A stretch of 64,000 nt of DNA, taken from assembly GCA_963674825.1 (NCBI GenBank), contig OY771587.1:64001-128000 (forward strand). The letters are read 5' to 3'. Of the stretch, positions 17,395-26,772 are shown in pieces (position 1 is the stretch's first letter; each line of letters opens with the position of its first letter). A program made the position numbers and the translations under genes. Source of the DNA: Candidatus Cloacimonadales bacterium (lineage in GTDB: Bacteria > Cloacimonadota > Cloacimonadia > Cloacimonadales > JAIOQZ01). The notes below the pieces were generated by a model, which saw only the letters and a program-made list of their open reading frames with translations, did no database searches and was not told the origin of the DNA.

Positions 17395-19641
17395 TTACTT
17401 TATCAACGCCATCCTTGTGGTGACGGTGTGATTTCCGGCTGTCATTCGTGCGAAGTAGATACCACTTGAAACCGATTTACCTGCATTGTCGATGCCCTTC
17501 CATGTCAGATTCATCGACTGCGGTTTCTCGTTGTCGAGCAGCGTGTAAACCTTCTGACCACGAATGTTGTAGATCGCGACAGTCACTGGCTTCTGGCTCT
17601 CTTGAGCACTAAGCTGAAGCTGGATGGTCGTCTCAGGATTGAACGGGTTCGGGTAGACACTCATGCCGATCGAGCTGACGCTCGGCGGAATGGTCTCGTC
17701 TTCGTCGTTATCGACGTACGGAGCTCCGTCGCCGCCATACGCGCCCATATCGTTGGTCAGCGAGCCCATCGCCGGCCAAAGAGCATATCCTGTGTTGTCG
17801 GGGTCTTCCTGATCGTAGTAATCCTGCATGGGATTACCTGCATCGATACAGGGTGAACCTTCCTGAAGGAACCAGCGTGCCGCAACGCCGTCGTAATCGA
17901 CGCCACTGCCGGCAGACGGAGATGTGAACATCGGATCGGCATCGATATTCATCGTTCCTTCCCAACCACCTTCGATGTTCGAGAAATCAACCATCGGTGT
18001 ACTGTTGAGCGAATAGATGATCGAGCCTTCACCGCGCAAAATGCTGTTCATGATTTGCGGAGCTGCGTTGAACGTGAATATCGCACCACCGGATGTACCG
18101 GTATAGGTGTTATTCGCAATGGTATTGTTGTAGAAAATCGGTTCACTTCCACTCTTGAAGATCGCAGCACCGGCCGACATGCCTGTGTTGTTCACGAAAA
18201 TATTGTTCATGACTTCCGCTGAAGATGTCGTCATCTGAATCGCGCCGGAATTACTCGTACTGCTATTGTTCGCGAAAAGGCAACCGTTGATAGAGACATC
18301 AGGTGCGCTTGTCAGGTCAATCGCCGCAGGAACGCTTGCGCTGTGATTGTCATAGAACCAGCAGCCATCTACTTCCAGCGGGGCCGCATCGACGGTAATC
18401 ACCGTGTTCGTCGCACCGGAGAAACGGCAGTTGACAAACTGGTTATCCTGTTCCGTGTAGCGAATCTTCATACCCTTCCAGCTACCGTCTTCTATCGGAC
18501 GGAATACAATGGGATCACCATTACCGGCGTTCGCCACGATGCGTCCATTCACTTCGAATAGTGCGTTATTGGAAAGGATGATCTCCACACCAGGATTGAT
18601 CGTAAGCACCTCGCCTTCTTCGACTTTCACATCCCCGACGATCTCGTAGGGGCTGTATGTCGTGACCCAGGTACCTGCAACCGGTCCGGACGTGTTGCTG
18701 CCATCAGTGACCGTAATCAAGCCCTGAGCAACCGTTGTGGAGCTTTCATCATCTGTGTGGATGGTAAGACTTACGTCATAGACTCCAGGCGTGTCATAGA
18801 TCCAGAATGTGTTCTCATCCTGGCTGTCGATCGTACCATCGCCATTGAAATCCCATTCCCATGCGGTGATTTCACCAGCCGGGAAAGAATGGCTTTCGAA
18901 GCTTACAACCAGGTTCGCAGGTCCCTGCGTAATGCTGGCATCGATCACGGCAAGTGTTCCGGTGAACGGTGTCGAGACAGCCTGCAAGACTGGATGATTC
19001 CCTGAAAGACTCTGTACGACGACAACTGCTTTTACCCCCTGAAGATCCCAGGAAGAATCAAGTGTGACCGGATATTCGAAGTAGCCGGTTTGGCCCGACT
19101 GAGTAAGATCGAAGGTCTCGGCGTTATAATCCACTACGGTACAGAAGTATTCGTCGGTGAACGCATATGTGAGCATGTAGATGATACGATTGTTTGATGT
19201 GGTAACATTGCCGGTAAGCTCTACATTCGCCATGATAGCGAGCTCGCCGGAATTGTTGGTTCCCAGTTCGATATCGATATCGATCGGAGAGTTGTCATTG
19301 ATGATGCTGTTGTATTCAGTCAGATAGTAGGGATACATATCTGTACCGCCGCCGGAAACCTGTTCGGTTCCGCCGAAAACAGCAGTTGGAAGTCCGCTTA
19401 CACCATAAAGGTTGTACCGCGTACTATAACCGGGACTCGGATGTTCGCCATCACCCTCCCAGATGAGCGGAACGACGTTGTCGTTCTGTTCGAATAACTG
19501 AAGAAGCCCAGACCGGGCGTCAGGACAGTAGGGGCACCACGTTTCCGTGAAAACCTCCGCCAGTACCCCTATCTGCGTCGCCTGTAACAGCAACGCCGAC
19601 ATGAGCATCAGCAGGAGGAGCAGTAGTCGATTGGATATCAC
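17395..19641 (-). CDS. Secreted multidomain protein, paralog of 15061..17310 (WCPYC thioredoxin + PKD + beta-helix + CTD)
   Basis: GTG start at 19641 after AAGGAGG; EVFTETWCPYCP; WEWDFNGDG; SPCIDAGNP...LWPAMG...DMGAYGG; YPNPFNPETTI...SSGIYF...RMALIK. Confidence 0.85.
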   Translation of the reverse strand: MISNRLLLLLLMLMSALLLQATQIGVLAEVFTETWCPYCPDARSGLLQLFEQNDNVVPLIWEGDGEHPSPGYSTRYNLYGVSGLPTAVFGGTEQVSGGGTDMYPYYLTEYNSIINDNSPIDIDIELGTNNSGELAIMANVELTGNVTTSNNRIIYMLTYAFTDEYFCTVVDYNAETFDLTQSGQTGYFEYPVTLDSSWDLQGVKAVVVVQSLSGNHPVLQAVSTPFTGTLAVIDASITQGPANLVVSFESHSFPAGEITAWEWDFNGDGTIDSQDENTFWIYDTPGVYDVSLTIHTDDESSTTVAQGLITVTDGSNTSGPVAGTWVTTYSPYEIVGDVKVEEGEVLTINPGVEIILSNNALFEVNGRIVANAGNGDPIVFRPIEDGSWKGMKIRYTEQDNQFVNCRFSGATNTVITVDAAPLEVDGCWFYDNHSASVPAAIDLTSAPDVSINGCLFANNSSTSNSGAIQMTTSSAEVMNNIFVNNTGMSAGAAIFKSGSEPIFYNNTIANNTYTGTSGGAIFTFNAAPQIMNSILRGEGSIIYSLNSTPMVDFSNIEGGWEGTMNIDADPMFTSPSAGSGVDYDGVAARWFLQEGSPCIDAGNPMQDYYDQEDPDNTGYALWPAMGSLTNDMGAYGGDGAPYVDNDEDETIPPSVSSIGMSVYPNPFNPETTIQLQLSAQESQKPVTVAIYNIRGQKVYTLLDNEKPQSMNLTWKGIDNAGKSVSSGIYFARMTAGNHTVTTRMALIK

Positions 19642-19700
19642 TCCAGCCTCCTTTGTATTTGTTGACACGTAATTTTCGTACAGCACATATTTATGCTAAG

Positions 19701-21074
19701 CTATTTCAGCAGAAGCATCTTTTTAGCAGCGGTGTTCGTTTCCCCTTCGAGGCGATAGTAATATACGCCGCTGGTTACATCGTTGTTATTGTCGTCTTTG
19801 CCATCCCAGACCACGCTGCCCTGACCCTGATGTGTTTTCAGGCCGGTGATTCGTCTTACCTGCTGACCACGAACATTGTAGATTACAAGGTCGGTGTTCT
19901 GAGGATTGTCGTTTGTCAGCGCGAAGCGGATAGTTGTTTCCGGGTTGAACGGATTCGGTGAGTTCTGTCCAAGCACCACTCCTGCAAACGGGACTGTGTC
20001 TTCATTTGTGGGGCTGCCGGTTTCATAAGTGAAATGGATCGTATTTGTGGTTCCATGCTCAGGAACAATATTGAAATTGAAATCTGCAAGGCCATTGGAA
20101 TTAATGTTCGGGATGTTGAAATCCAATGCCATGGTTTCGCCCTGTGCCAGTGTGAATTCCCATTCTGTCGGGTGGCAGCCGCCTTCACCGGCTTCGTCAA
20201 CATGACAGAACATGACCATCCAGCTTTCCGGAGCTGAATTAACCTCGATCGAAGCCGTGAACGACATCTCGATGCCCAAGTTCTTCACAAAGAAATGTTC
20301 GCTTTCATACTGATACATCTCGCCAGCATAAGCCGGTCCGGTTACGTCAGTTTCAAATGGAACGCCGATGCGATAAGCATTGCTTGAAACAGCATAGTTC
20401 GAAGCAGTTTGAACGATCGTGTTGTCGTTATCCTGAACATACGCGATTATGTTCAAGTTTGTGGAAACCCAGCCGGCATCGATGGTGAATGTACCGGTGA
20501 ATGTCTGCTCGGAACCCTGTCCGGTAATTGCAATACCCTCATGAAGGATTTGACGAGCTACGTGGGTAGCGTTGGCCAGATCATCTTCAATAAGGATAAA
20601 ACGGATGTTTCCGGTAGTGATTTCAAATGTGTCAGAAAGCATCTCAACCGATACGCTGTACGCGCCGGTTGCTGCATCGAAACTGTCGATCATGATGTCG
20701 ATCGGAGATGCGTCAAATTTGCTTCCCTCAACGATCGCGGAATAATCCGTGCCATCAGCCACGGTATCGCCACCACCAACAACGGTTGACGCACCATTGA
20801 ATACCGCGGTGGGGAATTCGGTAAGGCCATACAGAGCGATCATCGCGTCCACATCCTCATTGCCCAATTCGCCATTGAAATATTGAACCGGTACCCAGAA
20901 GGATTTATCCCAGTTAGATTCAGTAGCAGCCATACCATCCTGAGCATCTTGCTGCTCCCCTGCGGTAAGGTCATTTCCAATCTCAGCCATCATGATCTTT
21001 GGCGTTGCCGTGAATGTGGCGAAAAGCCCGACCGCCATCAAGCTGATAATCATGATTAAATTCACACGCTTCAT
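19701..21074 (-). CDS. Secreted Omp28-like protein lacking CxxC, with Ig-like domain and T9SS-like CTD
   Basis: ATG 21074 after GGAGG; YGLTEFPTAVFNG...GGG aligns with the neighbouring paralogs; FCHVDEAGEGGCH; QNSPNPFNPETTI...SGVYYY...KMLLLK. Confidence 0.8.
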   Translation of the reverse strand: MKRVNLIMIISLMAVGLFATFTATPKIMMAEIGNDLTAGEQQDAQDGMAATESNWDKSFWVPVQYFNGELGNEDVDAMIALYGLTEFPTAVFNGASTVVGGGDTVADGTDYSAIVEGSKFDASPIDIMIDSFDAATGAYSVSVEMLSDTFEITTGNIRFILIEDDLANATHVARQILHEGIAITGQGSEQTFTGTFTIDAGWVSTNLNIIAYVQDNDNTIVQTASNYAVSSNAYRIGVPFETDVTGPAYAGEMYQYESEHFFVKNLGIEMSFTASIEVNSAPESWMVMFCHVDEAGEGGCHPTEWEFTLAQGETMALDFNIPNINSNGLADFNFNIVPEHGTTNTIHFTYETGSPTNEDTVPFAGVVLGQNSPNPFNPETTIRFALTNDNPQNTDLVIYNVRGQQVRRITGLKTHQGQGSVVWDGKDDNNNDVTSGVYYYRLEGETNTAAKKMLLLK

Positions 21075-21111
21075 TGTATCCTCCAATATCAATATATTAT
21101 TTTCAATTTAT

Positions 21112-21258
21112 CCCTCATCCCCCGCCTTCTCCCACTTCATGGGCGAAGGAGCTATAAGGATGCCCTTGGGGGCCGTCGCTACGGTCTCCATTGAACCCTC
21201 AACCCATCTCACATGTCGCGTTCCCTCTCTCGCTTGCGGGAGAGAAACAGGGTGAGGG
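21112..21258. repeat. REP doublet (same family as the DUF559 flanks) inside the cluster
   Basis: ccctcatcccccgccttctcccacttcatgggcgaagg ... ccctctctcgcttgcgggagagaaacagggtgaggg. Confidence 0.8.
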
Positions 21259-21262
21259 TTTC

Positions 21263-22759
21263 CTAAAACGTCGTCGTCAGTTCCAGCAAAACGCCTTCAA
21301 AGGCAGATTGCTGGCGGCAGATTCCATTACGGCAGACCTTGCCGCCTTTCTGCTTGCCTGCGAACAATGTCATATAGGTATCATCGGTGATGGGCGCGGA
21401 CACTTCTCCACCTACCCACCACGGTGCTTTGTCGATATCGCCCGTTTCTTCGTATTCGGTCTCGGCTGTCAGCGACATATTCCAGGAATTGATCGCCCAA
21501 TCGACCTGAAGAAGCGGTTCCACATGATCGGCTTCAACCTGACCATGCTTCTTGGTTACCATTTCGTATTCGGCACGCGCCATTACCGGCATTTCGAATA
21601 GATAGAAATCGAATGCCAGTGCGGGTGTGACTTCCTTTTCCCAAGTTTCGTTCACTTCGTTGCGATACTCGAGATGCTCGAAGTCCGCAGTAATGGTGAA
21701 CGATTCGAATTCGTGCTTCCCCTGCAGGAAGAGGTTCGCTTGCTGGTAGTCGTCATCCGAGCTCCAGGCTTCGGCGTAATTTACAAGCACTTCCGTCGCG
21801 TAATCCGGGATGAAACGGACTTCGCCCATAAATCCCTCTTCGTCCTCACCCGGCTTGAGTCCGCTTTCGGTAAGCGGCTCGTCGGCGTGGTTCATAGTGG
21901 GGATATCCTGTAGCGGCTCGATGGAATCGGTGCGGTAGTTGAAGTCTTCGTACTTCTTGTAAGCACCGGTGATGGTGAACATAGGAACGTAGATGGTCAT
22001 GTTGGTATAGAGGCCCTCGCCGTCACGGTTTTCGGTAAGCAGCTCGGTCTCTTTCATTTTAGCATATTCACCGTAGAAATCAATGATATCCATGTTGAAA
22101 TTTACATGACCGCCGATGGTGGTCAACTTCGAGAATTTATCGGTCTCGGAATTGGTCTCCGGATCGATCGTGGTGTAGCCCTGGCGTAATCCGAGCAAGG
22201 TCATGCCCATGCGCAGCGGCTTGGCGATCTTCACTTCGAGATCAGCACCGGAGACGATATCGTTCTTGTCGTCACCATTGCGTTCGATGGGGTAAGCGGC
22301 GTACATGCCCTGGACAGTAAAGATATCGCGGGTGTAGCGGACCTTGGCACCTTCGAGGCGTGTATCGTGATCAAGGTCGTCGTCTTCCCAACTGCGGAAG
22401 ATCATACCAGAGCCATAAGAGCCTTCCATCGTACCGGCATGCGCCATGAGGTTTTCGGTTTCATAGGTGATCCAGCGTTCGTCCCATTGGTAAGAGATAT
22501 CCTCTTCCTCGAGCTGATCGACCATCTCACCTTCATAGCTGCTGTACTTAGGATATCCGGCAATGAACGCCATGCCGAACGTCACATTCTTATAATTAAG
22601 GCGGAACGAAAAATCATCTTCGAAATAATGCTTCAAGGAATCGCCTTCCGCCTCGCGATAGCGGTATTCAATTTCATTCACGCCGGTGATGGAGAAGGTT
22701 TCCTCCGCGAAAATCAGAGCCGACGAGATGACAAGTAATATCAGAATCAAATATCTCAT
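21263..22759 (-). CDS. Outer-membrane beta-barrel protein (DUF6029-like)
   Basis: Signal peptide; alternating beta-strand pattern; YGSGMIFRSWED; C-terminal GGKVCRNGICR...GVLLELTTTF ending in Phe. Confidence 0.8.
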   Translation of the reverse strand: MRYLILILLVISSALIFAEETFSITGVNEIEYRYREAEGDSLKHYFEDDFSFRLNYKNVTFGMAFIAGYPKYSSYEGEMVDQLEEEDISYQWDERWITYETENLMAHAGTMEGSYGSGMIFRSWEDDDLDHDTRLEGAKVRYTRDIFTVQGMYAAYPIERNGDDKNDIVSGADLEVKIAKPLRMGMTLLGLRQGYTTIDPETNSETDKFSKLTTIGGHVNFNMDIIDFYGEYAKMKETELLTENRDGEGLYTNMTIYVPMFTITGAYKKYEDFNYRTDSIEPLQDIPTMNHADEPLTESGLKPGEDEEGFMGEVRFIPDYATEVLVNYAEAWSSDDDYQQANLFLQGKHEFESFTITADFEHLEYRNEVNETWEKEVTPALAFDFYLFEMPVMARAEYEMVTKKHGQVEADHVEPLLQVDWAINSWNMSLTAETEYEETGDIDKAPWWVGGEVSAPITDDTYMTLFAGKQKGGKVCRNGICRQQSAFEGVLLELTTTF

Positions 22760-22768
22760 GCCTTCCGC

Positions 22769-23266
22769 CTATTCGCCTGTGACCGGCTCGGGATTTAGAG
22801 CTTTCACGATCTCTTCTTCCAGGTGCTTCTCGTCGCCCTTCTGGTAGCCTACATGCGAAAAGACGATCTCGCTGTCCTTGTTGATAATCAGCGTATGTGG
22901 CGGATTCTGCGCGTTGAGGGCTTTATAGACCTTCATTTCCGGATCGAGAAGGGTCAGGAATTCGAAGCGATTTTTCACATAGCGAACAGCGTCTTGCTTC
23001 TTGGAGGGCTTATCTACCGAGATACAGACAACCGTGATCTCGTCCTTATATTTCTTCTGGAGAACGTCCAGCTCAGGCATTTCCTTTTTACAGTTTTTGC
23101 ACCAGGTGGCCCAGAAGCTGATCACGACAGGTCCCTTTTCCAAAAGCTTGGAGAGAGTAACCTGATCCCCATTGATATCTTCAAGAGAAAAATCCTGTGC
23201 TTTATCTGCCGCGAAAAGTCCCGCAGACAGTGCCGCTATCATGATTGTGATTAAAATCGTACGCAT
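22769..23266 (-). CDS. TlpA family disulfide reductase (periplasmic thioredoxin)
   Basis: Signal peptide; DFSLEDING; SFWATWCKNCKKEMP; PHTLII. Confidence 0.93.
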   Translation of the reverse strand: MRTILITIMIAALSAGLFAADKAQDFSLEDINGDQVTLSKLLEKGPVVISFWATWCKNCKKEMPELDVLQKKYKDEITVVCISVDKPSKKQDAVRYVKNRFEFLTLLDPEMKVYKALNAQNPPHTLIINKDSEIVFSHVGYQKGDEKHLEEEIVKALNPEPVTGE

Positions 23267-23280
23267 CGTAACTCTCCTTC

Positions 23281-24690
23281 CTATATACCTTCGATCGGAA
23301 CTTCGATCACGTTATAAACTTTGCAATCGTTCGCATATTCTGCATGCATGGTCTGAAGCCACATGACCAAAACCGCATCATCCGGCATGTCACCTTCGTA
23401 GTTGATCACGAGACTGTAGCCGGTACCGCCATCATACCCCATAAGCTCATCGATTGGGTTTTTTCCCTTCCAGAGCACCGCGTTGTGGTAATAACCACCA
23501 CTGTTAGACTGTGCGGTCTCTTCAATAATGGCGTAGCGGAGATAAAGATCGGTATCGTCAAAATATTCATCCAGTGAGTAATCGAGCCATACACTCAGTT
23601 CCTGCTCCGTAGCTCCCCACTTGGCTGTTGCTTTCGAGATCTCGGCCTGCGCATTGATTGAGGCGTAATCGAGAAGCGGTGTTTCATACTGAGATTGGTT
23701 GGAGATACCACCATTCTTGACGAGCTGTCCCTGAAATACCGCGGTCGGGCATTCGATGCTGCCGAGATAGTAATCCAGCAGATCGTCGTTGTCGTCATAG
23801 AAGCCATCATAGCTATCACTGATATGGTATTCAACGTAGTAGAAGATATCGCCATAAAGTTCTTTGAGGTCATGAAGCGCTTCTTCGGATGTCGGGCAGT
23901 TCGGGCACCAGGTACCGGTGAAGAGCTCGACCAGCACTTTCTGCTTGCTGGTGTCCGGTGCCTCGTTTCCATTGCCGCAGAATCTGTATTCACCACCGAC
24001 AACCGTATACGTGTCATCAACCCGCAGCGTATAGCCGGTGGAATTTTCTGTAAGCTCATATACAAACTTGCTTTCGTACTCGTCGTGATCGAGGACTTCG
24101 TAATCTACGCCAAGCGATGGTGACATATCGTCGAACAGGCCAAACAGCGAATCACGGTCAACACCATTATTGTAGTAGTCGTCTGTGAAGAAATATTCGA
24201 GTGAGGTGAAGTCGTTCGCGACAATCGCATCCAATAGATCTGTGAAATAGGCGGCCTGCCTGTCACTGAAAGATTCCACAGCACCATTGCCGACAAACTT
24301 GAATTCGCCGTTGATCTTACGAACGTAGTCGGTCATCGTTACGGTATTGTAGCCATCAATATTGATGGCATCCAGATACAGAACCCATTTCAAGATGGAA
24401 ACTTCACCCTCTTGGTATTTCTGGATTTGCACGGTGGACTGATACTGATAATCTCCGTAATTCTGTGCGAAAAGCGACAGCATATCCGAGTAGCTCTGGC
24501 CGTCGTTCATGTAGTCGTTATCATAGTATTGCATCAGAGCGGAAAGGTCATCGGCAGTACGGATCGAAGCAACCGCATCGGAAAGATCGTCGAAGAAATC
24601 GGTAAGGTTTTTGTCGAACTCATTGTCGAAACGATCACAGCCGGACAACGCCAGTAGCACCGCCACGACAAGCAAGAATAATCTCTTCAT
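23281..24690 (-). CDS. Lipoprotein with two NTF2-like repeats and an Omp28-like thioredoxin domain
   Basis: ATG 24690; lipobox LALSGC; two repeats ending FKFVGNG and YRFCGNG; VLVELFTGTWCPNCP...YH...CPTAVFQG. Confidence 0.82.
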   Translation of the reverse strand: MKRLFLLVVAVLLALSGCDRFDNEFDKNLTDFFDDLSDAVASIRTADDLSALMQYYDNDYMNDGQSYSDMLSLFAQNYGDYQYQSTVQIQKYQEGEVSILKWVLYLDAINIDGYNTVTMTDYVRKINGEFKFVGNGAVESFSDRQAAYFTDLLDAIVANDFTSLEYFFTDDYYNNGVDRDSLFGLFDDMSPSLGVDYEVLDHDEYESKFVYELTENSTGYTLRVDDTYTVVGGEYRFCGNGNEAPDTSKQKVLVELFTGTWCPNCPTSEEALHDLKELYGDIFYYVEYHISDSYDGFYDDNDDLLDYYLGSIECPTAVFQGQLVKNGGISNQSQYETPLLDYASINAQAEISKATAKWGATEQELSVWLDYSLDEYFDDTDLYLRYAIIEETAQSNSGGYYHNAVLWKGKNPIDELMGYDGGTGYSLVINYEGDMPDDAVLVMWLQTMHAEYANDCKVYNVIEVPIEGI

Positions 24691-24747
24691 ATCAGAACTC
24701 CAGTCATTATTTCCTAATGAAACCAATCGACAGCATCTTATCAAGGA

Positions 24748-26460
24748 TTATTTGCCGATTTCTTTTAATTCATCTTTGACCATCGGTTTTGTGATGATCT
24801 CCGGGAATACCACCGGTTCATCCTCGCCTGGCCTGTAGAGAAGATAAAGAGGAACACCTGCACGGTCAAACTTGTGCAGCCATTCAATGATAAGCGGATC
24901 CTTGCGTGTGTTGTCACCTCTTAGAAGTTCTACGCCATATTTCTCGAATTGCTCTTCCATATCTTCTGTGAAAAGGACGGTCTTCTCGTTGGCTTTACAG
25001 GTCATGCACCATTCAGCACCGAAATCCACAAATACCGGCTTACCGTCATCGATATATTCCTGAAGCAATTCCGGCGAGAATTTCTGCCAGCCTTCTTCCA
25101 CCTCGGCCCCGCCTTCAGTGCTTTCGAACCGTAGCAGGAACATTGCCGAGAAGACCACTACAGCAATTGCCGCGATGAGCGCAATCCACTGCTGTGACTT
25201 CTTGTGGTGAGGCTTCGCAAAGCTACCGTAGATCCAAGACGCCAGTGCCAAAGCCGCGATGAACCAGAGCACACGCATGAAGTTTCCGCCACCACCAACC
25301 AGCGCATAAACAGTGTTCAGCAGAAAGATGGTGGTTCCCATAAGAAGGAAGCCCATGAATTCTTTGAATACATTCATCCAATTGCCGGGCTTGGGGATTG
25401 CCTTGATCACGCCAGGCCAAAATGCCAGTAAGATGAACGGGAAGGCCAGGCCGAGCCCGATCAGCAGGAAAAAAACGATAATTAAGAGAGGTGGCTGGAT
25501 AAAAGCGAACCCGAGCGCTGCTCCAAGGAATGGAGCCGTGCAAGGTGTTGCCAGAAGAACCGCCACAATCCCGCTGAGGAACGATCCCCAGTGGCCGGTC
25601 TTGCCGGAAGCTTTCGAAGCCAGGCTCATCCCCGGTGCGGAGATGATGAAGACGTCGAACAGCGACAGGCCGAAAACGAAGATGAGCGAGGTCAGAACCA
25701 TCACGAACCCGAAGTTCTGGAACTGGAATCCCCAGCCCACCGACTCGCCCGAAAGCTTTATAATGATCACCACAGCGGCAAGCACGAGGAACGAGACCAG
25801 GATTCCCGCTGTGTAAGCCAGCGACCCTTTCATAATCTCTTTCTTGTGATGCTGGCTCTGGTTGACCAGGTGAATAGCCTTGATAGAAAGCACAGGCAGG
25901 ACGCATGGCATGATGTTCAAGATCAAACCACCGATGAATGCCATTAGCAGGAACTTGATAATATCGACTGCGGATGTTCCAGCTTTCGAGACAGTTTCCG
26001 GCTCTGCCGATTTCTCAGACACGACAGCGGTCAGCTTGAACGGTGCGGAAACTTCAAACTCCTCCGGAAACAGACACGAACCCTGCTCATTGCAGATCTG
26101 GAAACCGGCTGCCACGTTTAGTGTGTAATCTCCAGGAGCGACATCTTTTCCAAGCTGCATTGAACGCTTGACAACGACTGTTCCAGTATATTCGATGAGG
26201 CCGTCTTCGTCAGTGTGTCCATCAGGATATTCAGTTTTACCGAACGTAAAGCCGTCCATTTCCGTCGGCTCGATATAAAAATATTCTTCTTGAAATGTCT
26301 GATGCATCCCCTCAGGGAATATGTAGGTAACGTGAAGATACGCCTTGCCGTCGGAACCGATTTCCTGCGGCAAGATTTCCGCTTTGATAATTGTTTCCTG
26401 TGCAAAAAGAGCAGTAGAAAGGAGCAGGAACAGGAGAGTTATAATCCCCAACGACCTCAT
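24748..26460 (-). CDS. dsbD: Thiol:disulfide interchange protein DsbD (alpha, beta and gamma domains)
   Basis: ATG 26460 after GGAGG; alpha QICNEQGSC; TM NIMPCVLP and ATPCTAPFLG; gamma DFGAEWCMTC...GVPLY. Confidence 0.93.
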   Translation of the reverse strand: MRSLGIITLLFLLLSTALFAQETIIKAEILPQEIGSDGKAYLHVTYIFPEGMHQTFQEEYFYIEPTEMDGFTFGKTEYPDGHTDEDGLIEYTGTVVVKRSMQLGKDVAPGDYTLNVAAGFQICNEQGSCLFPEEFEVSAPFKLTAVVSEKSAEPETVSKAGTSAVDIIKFLLMAFIGGLILNIMPCVLPVLSIKAIHLVNQSQHHKKEIMKGSLAYTAGILVSFLVLAAVVIIIKLSGESVGWGFQFQNFGFVMVLTSLIFVFGLSLFDVFIISAPGMSLASKASGKTGHWGSFLSGIVAVLLATPCTAPFLGAALGFAFIQPPLLIIVFFLLIGLGLAFPFILLAFWPGVIKAIPKPGNWMNVFKEFMGFLLMGTTIFLLNTVYALVGGGGNFMRVLWFIAALALASWIYGSFAKPHHKKSQQWIALIAAIAVVVFSAMFLLRFESTEGGAEVEEGWQKFSPELLQEYIDDGKPVFVDFGAEWCMTCKANEKTVLFTEDMEEQFEKYGVELLRGDNTRKDPLIIEWLHKFDRAGVPLYLLYRPGEDEPVVFPEIITKPMVKDELKEIGK

Positions 26461-26772
26461 GAAAAACCTCCATGAATCCAATGTGTTTGGTTTTTTTCGA
26501 TCGGTCTCGATCTGGTTACAGTTGAAACGCAACATCGTCTATTTTGTTCACAGCGTCAATTATTTTTATTATCAAATGACGCCTCGAATTCAGTCGATAA
26601 TCCTAACCATTTCTTTAATAACGTGTTGCAATTCCAAACAATCTTCGCCATTTTCACGTAAACAGGCGTATAACTCCGTTTACGTCAAGAAAAAATATCT
26701 CTTGCATAAATCCCCGCGCTGATGTAATCGGGGATTCAATGATCTAGAAGGATTATGCAAAAAGGAGTCCAG

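Noticed and set aside
15061..26460. Selenocysteine (UxxC) recoding in the thioredoxin-like proteins
   Set aside because: All active-site motifs are uninterrupted Cys codons in continuous ORFs; no in-frame TGA is needed.
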